A DNA stretch of 64,000 nucleotides from Nitrospirota bacterium. GTDB lineage: Bacteria > Nitrospirota > Nitrospiria > JACQBZ01. The notes beneath the pieces were generated by a model. That model did not search any database. It worked only from the letters and a program-made list of their open reading frames with translations, and was not told the DNA's origin. Positions 53,896-64,000 of the stretch are shown here, piece by piece (within the stretch, counting starts at the first letter, position 1; every line of letters starts with the position of its first letter). Made by a program: the position numbers and the translations under genes. Where the stretch lies: positions 3,551 through 67,550 of the forward strand of contig JACQCA010000025.1 of NCBI GenBank assembly GCA_016201865.1, read 5' to 3'.

Positions 53896-55161
53896 CTAAG
53901 GAACGGGGGGCTTTTCTTCCGGGTTCGGCGAGTACCGCGACAGTTGTCCCACCAAGCGGTCCAACGCTCCGCTTAATGATTCCCGGACGATTTTCATGGG
54001 GGATCCCCATGTTCGAATCATCCGGTCAATGCCGTATTCCGCTTCGCCTTTCCAAAGCAGTTTTCCGCTACGGGTCTCGATCAATTGGACATCCTCAATC
54101 CGGGTGATGGCGGTTGCCTTAAAAATCCGCGGATAACCTATTCCTCCACTCCAGATCGGAAATGGCGCGTTCTCACGCGTAGGCGTGACCGATGCATAAG
54201 CATGAGCCAACCGGCTGACCAGAACAACATCCACACCCTCTTCGGACCATTCGCGGAGTTCTTCGGATGTAACTCCACGGGTGGCGATGATCAAAACGTT
54301 TCCGTAAATATCCGCCGCCTGCAGTTTATGTGTCAATTGACCGGCCACCGCATCTATGAGAGGTGTAGTAATAGTTTTATTATCATAGCTGTACAGTAAA
54401 TAATTAATATCGCCCTTTAGTTTTCTCACCTCCACATCCTTTTCCTCGGGAGGCCGAAGATCTTCGGGCGACAACACCCCCACCCGCCACTGTCGCATCG
54501 CGGGCAGTTCGGAGGGGTAAACCTGATGATGGGAAAAGGACTGCCCGCTTAATTGGATCGCCAACTGATTGATCGCCCCGCGGAGCGCTTCGGCGGCGTA
54601 GAAGATGTCCCGATCGGGATTTTTTTCCTGCCGTTGGATCAGTTTGTCGGCCGTTCCCTGCCACAGAAGTTGTCCGGTGTGCGTACTGTAAAGTTTCAGA
54701 TTTTCAAACTGAACATGACCTTCGATCCGATGATCCGGCTCTTGCCGGCCATAGAAATGAATCAGATCACCCATTAAAACAGCATCGGCGCCTTGAGAAA
54801 TCAGATCGTGGACGCGATCGGGAGAGGTCGGATCGACCGGTCCGGACACGGTTTGGATCTGACTGAAGACGGATGAAACCCGGAGATGTCGGACGATTCG
54901 CTCCGTGACGGCGCCGGCCAGATCAGACGGCAGATTGAAACGGGAAGCCCATGCTCTTTCCTCTGGAGAGCGCCGGTCTTCCAAGACCGCCACGGCTATA
55001 CTGAGAGCGTGGGGTCGCGGCGCGACGAAGATTTCGCTGTCCTCCAGCGAATAAGAAACCGGCGAAACAGCCGCGCAACCGTTTATAAGGAGACAGACGA
55101 AGCCGCAGGAGGCGATCAGGCCCCGCCGTCCGCCGCTATTTAAGCGATGTAATGAACTCAT
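53896..55161 (-). CDS. putative lipoprotein with an internally duplicated alpha/beta domain
   Basis: LINGC lipobox; VLEDRRSPEE/PEDLRPPEE and TGQLLWQG/SGKLLWKG repeats. Confidence 0.7.
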   Translation of the reverse strand: MSSLHRLNSGGRRGLIASCGFVCLLINGCAAVSPVSYSLEDSEIFVAPRPHALSIAVAVLEDRRSPEERAWASRFNLPSDLAGAVTERIVRHLRVSSVFSQIQTVSGPVDPTSPDRVHDLISQGADAVLMGDLIHFYGRQEPDHRIEGHVQFENLKLYSTHTGQLLWQGTADKLIQRQEKNPDRDIFYAAEALRGAINQLAIQLSGQSFSHHQVYPSELPAMRQWRVGVLSPEDLRPPEEKDVEVRKLKGDINYLLYSYDNKTITTPLIDAVAGQLTHKLQAADIYGNVLIIATRGVTSEELREWSEEGVDVVLVSRLAHAYASVTPTRENAPFPIWSGGIGYPRIFKATAITRIEDVQLIETRSGKLLWKGEAEYGIDRMIRTWGSPMKIVRESLSGALDRLVGQLSRYSPNPEEKPPVP

Positions 55162-55420
55162 CGATCGGGATGGCCGGCATGGTTAGGAATTGAACCGATC
55201 CTCGCGAGCCGAGCTCTACCGAGATCTTTGCGATGGCCTTATTATCCTTGGCCTCGATGATATTCACGAAGTCATACGGACCGAGAAGCGCATACTGGGC
55301 CACCACTTTGGCCCCCATCGTCTCGATTTCTTTATTCACCTGATTGATGCGGCTGGGCTTGGCCTTGATCGTTTTCCGGCCCTGATCGGTCAATGTGCTG
55401 AGCAAGACATAGGTCGGCAT
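55136..55420 (-). CDS. GYD domain protein
   Basis: MPTYVLLSTLTDQG..LGPYDFV. Confidence 0.88.
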   Translation of the reverse strand: MPTYVLLSTLTDQGRKTIKAKPSRINQVNKEIETMGAKVVAQYALLGPYDFVNIIEAKDNKAIAKISVELGSRGSVQFLTMPAIPIDEFITSLK

Positions 55421-55498
55421 GGTGAATCCTCCTTATGGTTAGAAGTCGGTGGAAGGAATGACCGGACAGCTTTAGATTACTCCGTTCGGGAAAGTTTT

Positions 55499-58205
<2,707 letters not shown>

Positions 58206-58214
58206 GATGCGCTC

Positions 58215-58262
58215 CTAAAGATTTCGTGCGAGGCGGAATGACGTCTTGATGTCGGCGGCCTG
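58215..58262 (-). pseudogene. 3' remnant of addiction module killer (RelE/ParE-like) toxin
   Basis: QAADIKTSFRLARNL-stop immediately before the antidote; no upstream body. Confidence 0.7.
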
Positions 58263-58265
58263 TCC

Positions 58266-58625
58266 CTATTTATCAAATGGACGCACTCGCGTTCGTCCCG
58301 GTACAACAACTGTGATACGTCCTTCAAAGTCTTTCGGCTTGGTTGTTTTTAGGACCTTGGAAAACAGCCGCGTAATCTGCTCGCCTGTAAACGTATCAGG
58401 AACCCGAATGAGAATAAGACCCGATGGATAGGGACGGATCTGTGGGAAGGGAAAATCAAGATCCTTTGTGATTAGAATGCGTCGTTCACGAGCCGCCAGC
58501 ATCCAAAGCAACTCGTCCGGTGAGCTTCGAAGAGTACTTGCGGCAACATCGAAGGTGTCGTGACCGGCGTCCCGGAGAAGCCCGATCAGACTGAAGGGAA
58601 GGTTCTCATCGACGAGGAAGTGCAT
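58266..58625 (-). CDS. DUF5615 PIN-like protein
   Basis: MHFLVDENLP, PDE, RILITKDLDF. Confidence 0.9.
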   Translation of the reverse strand: MHFLVDENLPFSLIGLLRDAGHDTFDVAASTLRSSPDELLWMLAARERRILITKDLDFPFPQIRPYPSGLILIRVPDTFTGEQITRLFSKVLKTTKPKDFEGRITVVVPGRTRVRPFDK

Positions 58626-58836
58626 GCACTTTTTCTTCAGCCAATGTCTCCGCAGCATAAGACAAGGCCGCCTGGACGTCTTCCGCCGTCACGCGATATT
58701 CTTCACAGACCTCGTCGGCAGTCATTCCTCCCGCCAAGCCTCCTACGATCACCTGCACCGGCACGCGCGTTCCCTTAATCACGGGTTTCCCCCCCATGAC
58801 CTTCGGATCAATCACAATGCGGCTTTTCTTCTGCAT
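58606..58836 (-). CDS. DUF433 protein
   Basis: IVIDPKVMGGKPVIKGTRVPV. Confidence 0.93.
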   Translation of the reverse strand: MQKKSRIVIDPKVMGGKPVIKGTRVPVQVIVGGLAGGMTADEVCEEYRVTAEDVQAALSYAAETLAEEKVHALPRR

Positions 58837-59136
58837 GGCTCATCGTCTCCATCAAGGATAATTATTCTACGAGAAGCATTTCGAATGTGCAAGGTTAAAA
58901 GAAACCGACAAACCTCAAATAGAAATCCTCACCCTGCGCCATGGCGTGAGACGATTCGAAAATAAAAGCTTGCAGAGAAATGCTCTCTCCCTTCATAAGG
59001 AGGAAATCCAGAAAAGTCAATAAGGCCTGCCCTTTCACTTTCAGGCCGGGCGACTAACATTCCGTCAGGGAAGCGTCACTCAAAAGTAAAGATGCGGCCC
59101 TTTCCTTTGGATAATAGTGTCTGTCCCTATTTCTTT

Positions 59137-59753
59137 TTAGGGCTTAAAATAGAGAACCACAACATCTGTTCCATCGGGACCTTTTCCTATACTGGAGTCG
59201 ATCTGCTCGCCGAGGTTTGGTAAATCACCGGTTCTGACGTAATCGTTGTACAGCACGAGGGCTTCAGTCTCAGTCATATACTTAGCCCGCCAGCCGATAA
59301 GATATTCTTTATGTAGTTGCGAACTTGGATACTTTGTTTTCAAAATGTGCTCTACATATTTTCTTTCCTCCGGGGGAGGACCCGCAGCTCCTGCTCCTAA
59401 CAGATAAGCGACTACAGATATTTTTTTAGGTGGATCTGTGCTTTTGCCTGCGGCTCTGACCTTCTCTTCCGGATCGTACCTTCCGCTGTAAACATCCCGC
59501 CAATCGTATACGGAACCACAATTTCCACATGTCGAGCTGCCCTGATAGTTGGTAGGCAAAGGTTCGCCTGAGCGGAATACAGAACCATAGGATGATTTCT
59601 TCAACACCATATCACATTTTGGTCACTCCAGATTTTGCTGTCGCTTACCTTTGTTGCCGAGGTGGGTAGGATTGACATGCTGCCACCACTAGCCGCTGGT
59701 TCAGCAAATGGTGTTTTGTCTTTCTTGCCGAATAGTTTAGTGAATAGGCTCAT
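59137..59753 (-). pseudogene. disrupted zinc-ribbon hypothetical gene
   Basis: AAGGAGG plus ATG 59753 (MSLFTKLFGKK) ends after 50 aa; the downstream frame reads TGA-P-K-C before the 157-aa ORF that contains CGNC. Confidence 0.55.
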
Positions 59754-59971
59754 ATCTTATTCCTCCTTCATTTATAACCAACCTTTTTGTTCTTTGGCGA
59801 TTTTTCCGCCTTACCTTTCGGTTCAACGGTCAGTTTCAGCCCCATTGATCGCACTAATCAACTCCTTCGCTGGCTTGCCTAAGGAGACCGCAAGAAAGAA
59901 TTAAACAGCATACTTTAACCCCGTTTTTGCGTTTTTAAAACGTCCTTCGCATTCTTCAGCTATAATGCCGC

Positions 59972-61051
59972 TTATTTTGTAACCGGCGTAGCACGAAGGG
60001 GTGCCTTGCCAGTATTCCAGGCCCGTTTTGCGTCAGCAGAAGCTACTTTTAAATCGATCCTTCTTTTTCTGGCGCCCTGCTCACAAAGCAGAATCGGGGT
60101 AGCCGTCCCTGGTGAGAACATAACGTTGGCATTTAACCGCGTTTTGACGCGTTCAATCTTTTTTTCGACCTCTTTTATCGAGCGAGCGTCTTTTCTAAAG
60201 TCGACAACACCTTGTGTGATATACAAATACCCGGTGCCACGAGGAATTGTAGCGCCCGGCCAACCACAGGAATAATCGTCATCTGAGCACAGACCATCAT
60301 CTTTAGGCATCTGTACCTCGAAGGACTCCATGAGGTACTCCTCTTGATTTTGCCCCCACCACTCCTGCCATTCCTTCGTCTCTTGTCCACAATCCGTGGC
60401 CGAAAACTGTTTCAAGACACTAATCACCTTGTCTCGTAACGCTTTCGTCCTTGCCAAGCTAACACCGACAGTCGCAGCTGCCAATCTATTTGCAAGCTGC
60501 GACCGAGCATCGGTGACCCCCTTCTGCTCCAGGTCTCCTATCTGATCTGTAAAATCTATTGATCCAAACCCTACGCGCCCATCGCGCCAGCTTGCTGAAA
60601 TTGCCCCTGACCACATGTTTACGTCTTCATTTGCTTTTTCCGACTGCTCGATGATCTCATTATCTAAGCGTTCTAAGATAGCAATCAACGCGCCTAATGC
60701 TTGCCCGTCTTTTATCATGGCGAATGCTTCTACCGTGGCACTAATCACATCCTCATTACAGTACGTTCCCTGAGTCTCTTTATCCACCATATTACAAAGC
60801 ACCTTTACAGCCCGTTTATCACCTAATTTACCTAATGCCTTAATAGCGACTTCACGAACATCGTAATTCTCTACCATAGGAACAAGCAGCGCCACAGCCC
60901 GCTTATCACCTATCTCACCCAATGCCCGAATAGCAGATTTACGAATATCAAGATCTTTCCTGTACGATACCGCCTTAATCAATCCTTCAATATCCTTCCG
61001 TGCCTTAAGAATGCCAATATTGGGCTTGAAGAGAGATGAGAACCTGAACAT
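59972..61051 (-). CDS. HEAT/PBS-lyase repeat protein
   Basis: IRKSAIRALGEIGDKRAV, VREVAIKALGKLGDKRAV. Confidence 0.85.
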   Translation of the reverse strand: MFRFSSLFKPNIGILKARKDIEGLIKAVSYRKDLDIRKSAIRALGEIGDKRAVALLVPMVENYDVREVAIKALGKLGDKRAVKVLCNMVDKETQGTYCNEDVISATVEAFAMIKDGQALGALIAILERLDNEIIEQSEKANEDVNMWSGAISASWRDGRVGFGSIDFTDQIGDLEQKGVTDARSQLANRLAAATVGVSLARTKALRDKVISVLKQFSATDCGQETKEWQEWWGQNQEEYLMESFEVQMPKDDGLCSDDDYSCGWPGATIPRGTGYLYITQGVVDFRKDARSIKEVEKKIERVKTRLNANVMFSPGTATPILLCEQGARKRRIDLKVASADAKRAWNTGKAPLRATPVTK

Positions 61052-61313
61052 TTTGGACCTCCTTTGCAGATGATTCGTCTAACAGGACGTTGAAAAACTC
61101 GCTTAAATAAATTTGATTCTCGTTATGAAGAAAAATTTCACTCTCAAAACGGTATGGACTGGGGAAAATCTTCGTATAAAAAAATTGGGGAAATTAGGGA
61201 CAGACACTATTTATTGAGATCCTTTCTTGGGTCTTCCCCTCGGTAAGACGCTTCCACATTGTAAACGGGAGTCTTGTCCGAGACGCCCACGCCGGCGGAG
61301 AATTAATGGCGGG

Positions 61314-61342
61314 AGTATACCCCTTGGAATCAAGGCTGTCAA
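61314..61342 (-). promoter_or_regulatory. sigma70 promoter reading into the IR-bounded segment
   Basis: TTGACA-17-TATACT. Confidence 0.75.
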
Positions 61343-61368
61343 TATAGTGTACGAAGGCCGCCGCGTCC

Positions 61369-61397
61369 TTGACTTCCACGCGCCCGTCTTATAAACT
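61369..61397 (+). promoter_or_regulatory. candidate promoter of the MNT-HEPN pair
   Basis: TTGACT-17-TAAACT. Confidence 0.5.
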
Positions 61398-61418
61398 CCA
61401 CCTTGATAGAGGCGCTTT

Positions 61419-61865
61419 ATGACGATGAAAGAAGATACGGCATCTCTTGTTGAGAAACTGAAGACGATGCTGGAGCCGAGACAAGAAATCGCGGCAGCCT
61501 ACCTCTACGGCTCCACGGCCGAAGGAACCGCCGGCCGTCACAGCGATGTGGATATCGCCATCCTGCGGGATGAGACCGCTACCGACAAGGACTATCCCTT
61601 CGGTTATAAGGCCGAGCTCCTATCGGATCTCATGAAAACCCTCCGCACCAATTCCGTCGATCTCGTTATTGCCAACCATGCTCCTCCCTTCCTCCGGTTT
61701 CAGATCGTCCGTCATGGCCGGTTGATTTTCTCACGGTCTGAAGCTCTGACGATAGAATTCCAGGTCAAAGCGATTGCCGAATACGACGACATCAAGAGGC
61801 TGCAAGATATCCAGAACCGATACCTTTCCAAACGGCTCAAAAACGGGACCTACGGAAAAACATAA
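61419..61865 (+). CDS. mntA: MntA-type adenylyltransferase antitoxin
   Basis: YLYGSTAEG..SDVDIA, VDLV. Confidence 0.88.
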   Translation: MTMKEDTASLVEKLKTMLEPRQEIAAAYLYGSTAEGTAGRHSDVDIAILRDETATDKDYPFGYKAELLSDLMKTLRTNSVDLVIANHAPPFLRFQIVRHGRLIFSRSEALTIEFQVKAIAEYDDIKRLQDIQNRYLSKRLKNGTYGKT

Positions 61866-62294
61866 ATGGACACAAGGCTGATCAGGAAAAAACTTGGCGA
61901 ACTGGAAAAGTACGTTCAAGCTCTCGAAAAACTGAAGCCCCATACGCTCCAAGAGTTGCGCTCGGACATGGTCAAAGCGTGGTCCGTGGAGCATGGCCTT
62001 CAACTGGCCATCCAGACCGTCATTGATACCGGAAGCCACATCCTGGCCGCGCTGGGAGAGCAGGAGATCGAAGACTACGCCGACGTCATGGATAAGCTTG
62101 GGGAACGGAATATTCTACCGGCAGCCTTTGCGAAGACGATCCGGGGCATGGTGGGCGTTAGGAACATCCTGGTTCACGAGTACGCCGCGGTGGATCTGAA
62201 AAAGATACACGAGATTCTGAAAAGCAGGCTGGACGATTTCCGAAAATTTGCCAAGTGTATCGACGAATACCTTTCTTCCTCATCGAAATCCTGA
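61866..62294 (+). CDS. hepT: HepT-type (DUF86) HEPN ribonuclease toxin
   Basis: RNILVHEY (RX4HXY). Confidence 0.9.
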   Translation: MDTRLIRKKLGELEKYVQALEKLKPHTLQELRSDMVKAWSVEHGLQLAIQTVIDTGSHILAALGEQEIEDYADVMDKLGERNILPAAFAKTIRGMVGVRNILVHEYAAVDLKKIHEILKSRLDDFRKFAKCIDEYLSSSSKS

Positions 62295-62458
62295 TTCAGT
62301 AAGCAATAGTGACAGTCTTTATTACGCTCCATTAAGCTCTCCAACATCAAAAACCCAAAAAAATCGGTTACCTTTTTATACGGCTTGACAGGGAATGGCT
62401 CCGGTTGCGTAAGAAGATTTAGGTCTGTTATACTGGCGTCAATTCATGGAGGCCGAGA

Positions 62459-62818
62459 GTGATCACTGAGGAGGCTATACAACAGCGGTTAGGCGCCATT
62501 GCCTGTCCCATCTGTCGCAAGCAGGATTTTCTCGTCCGCATCAAGACGGAAAGTCCGGATGGAGAGAATGTTTACACCGCCATCTGCGCCGGCTGCCGGT
62601 ATAACTTTCCGGTCAGTACCGAGAACAAACTGTATCAGCTCTCGAATCCCGATACCGCTTCCTGGCTCAAGGGGTTTCCCTGCCCGGAATGCATGACGCG
62701 CGGGGTGGAGCTTGATTTCCGGTGCACCGTGACCGTCCGGGAAAGCCGCATCTTTCTACGTTGTAAAAGCTGCCGCCATGAATTCAACGAGTCGATGCCG
62801 GGCGAAGCTTATGAATAA
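62459..62818 (+). CDS. double zinc-ribbon hypothetical protein
   Basis: CPIC, CAGC, CPEC, CKSC; GGAGG RBS. Confidence 0.75.
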   Translation: MITEEAIQQRLGAIACPICRKQDFLVRIKTESPDGENVYTAICAGCRYNFPVSTENKLYQLSNPDTASWLKGFPCPECMTRGVELDFRCTVTVRESRIFLRCKSCRHEFNESMPGEAYE

Positions 62819-62839
62819 AGCTCTAACCAAGGAGTTTCA

Positions 62840-63094
62840 ATGACACCCGAAATGCAACAAAGCCTTGCCGATGTCCAAAGCGCATTGGAGAAATTGAACC
62901 GAACGCTCACGGCCGAGTTGGCCGAAATCGAGCGGGATGGCGCCACGCCTTCCAAAATCCAGCATCTGAAGGAAGGCATCAAAGCGGTCAAGGATAGCGG
63001 GAACATGGTGTTGATCTGGGCGGACTTTATTGCACGAGGAGACATGGAAGATCCTGAAAATCCCGACGTGATCAGGGATCCGAATCCTCGGTAG
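62840..63094 (+). CDS. small helical hypothetical protein
   Basis: AAGGAG RBS, 84 aa. Confidence 0.65.
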   Translation: MTPEMQQSLADVQSALEKLNRTLTAELAEIERDGATPSKIQHLKEGIKAVKDSGNMVLIWADFIARGDMEDPENPDVIRDPNPR

Positions 63095-63123
63095 TCTATC
63101 GGGCCCTTATGGATAGGCCGGGC

Positions 63124-63999
63124 TTACGAAATCCGATCCGTCAAACGGGACATCGCTTCAAAATATTTTTCGCTCGTCTTCTGAATGACCTCTTTGGGCA
63201 GATGCGGGGCCGGCGGCCGGTGGTTCCACCGGATCAAATCAAGGTAGTCACGCACATACTGCTTGTCAAAACTGGGCTGAGGTCCCCCCGAAACATAACC
63301 GTCTTTGGGCCAGAAGCGTGAAGAGTCCGGCGTCAGAACTTCGTCAATCAGAACCAGCCGCCCCGTTTTTGGATCGAGACCGAACTCAAGCTTGGTATCG
63401 GCGATGATAATCCCGCGTGCGGCCGCAAAATCCGAGGCCCGCTTGTAAATCTTCAAACTCATGGAACGCACCTCTTCGGCAACGGCCTCTCCGAGCGTCT
63501 CGACCATCTGTTTAAAAGAAATATTGATGTCATGACCCTCGACGGCCTTGGTGGACGGGGTGAAAATCGGCTCGGGAAGTTTTTCGGACTCCGTCAATCC
63601 GGCCGGCAAAGACAACTCGCAAATCGTCCCGGTCTGCCGATACTCCTTCCAGCCTGAACCGGACAGATATCCCCGGACGATGCATTCGACCGGAAGCGGT
63701 TTTGTTTTCCGCACCAGCATGCTGCGGCCGGACAGGATTTCTTTATAGCGACGACAGGGATTGGGAAATTTTTCAAGGTCCATGCTTATCAAGTGGTGGA
63801 CAACAGCATCCTTCATGGATCCAAGCCAGTCGAACCAAAATTTGGAAAGTTGGGTCAGCACAAACCCTTTGCCGGGAATTCCGTCCGGTAGAACCAGATC
63901 AAAAGCCGAGAGCCGGTCCGTCGCCACCAAGAGAAGAAGATCGCCCAGATCGTAAATGTCCCGGACCTTCCCTTGCTTTCTGGGCCCGATTGCTTCCAG
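63124..63999 (-). CDS. purC: SAICAR synthetase (5' end outside window)
   Basis: [42 protein letters not shown]. Confidence 0.97.
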   Translation of the reverse strand: MEAIGPRKQGKVRDIYDLGDLLLLVATDRLSAFDLVLPDGIPGKGFVLTQLSKFWFDWLGSMKDAVVHHLISMDLEKFPNPCRRYKEILSGRSMLVRKTKPLPVECIVRGYLSGSGWKEYRQTGTICELSLPAGLTESEKLPEPIFTPSTKAVEGHDINISFKQMVETLGEAVAEEVRSMSLKIYKRASDFAAARGIIIADTKLEFGLDPKTGRLVLIDEVLTPDSSRFWPKDGYVSGGPQPSFDKQYVRDYLDLIRWNHRPPAPHLPKEVIQKTSEKYFEAMSRLTDRIS

Positions 64000-64000
64000 G

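Larger units (their letters stand above)
59113..61211. mobile_element. AT-rich segment bounded by a perfect 17-bp inverted repeat; no transposase inside
   Basis: AATAGTGTCTGTCCCTA (59113-59129) and TAGGGACAGACACTATT (61195-61211). Confidence 0.6.

Noticed and set aside
59754..59971. Possible integron attC site between the two AT-rich genes
   Set aside because: A GTTGAAC is present but I could not find a matching inverse core or a convincing hairpin; no intI in the window
61079..61100. TAACAGGACGTTGAAAAACTC, resembling an IS terminal repeat
   Set aside because: No partner repeat or transposase remnant found; too short to call

Overview
Bacterial chromosomal window, most likely Nitrospirota (inferred from aclAB/frdAB type and gene order). 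1-21.9 kb: housekeeping run on + (gatB, eno, ftsB, era, recO, lepA, lepB, hldE-kinase, kdsB, pyrG, kdsA/D/C, lipid A acyltransferase, pgsA, plsY, TPR and DUF4388 proteins, degP). 22-30 kb: one 2678-aa ORF fusing FixC-like, FixX-like, a degenerate and an intact acyl-CoA dehydrogenase, ETF-beta and ETF-alpha domains, i.e. an apparent acyl-CoA-to-quinone electron chain in one polypeptide. 35-58 kb on -: reductive-TCA cluster (monomeric idh, aclB, aclA, aconitase, frdB/frdA-like, sucC, sucD), interrupted and flanked by accessory islands with many toxin-antitoxin modules and remnants. Three loci in these islands share an architecture: near-consensus sigma70 promoter, related leader sequence, GTCCC boundary motif, AT-rich foreign gene(s), inverted motif. 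This looks like a gene-cassette expression/capture platform, but no recombinase is in the window. No rRNA, tRNA or CRISPR array seen. All product calls come from recognising motifs by eye; no database search was run.
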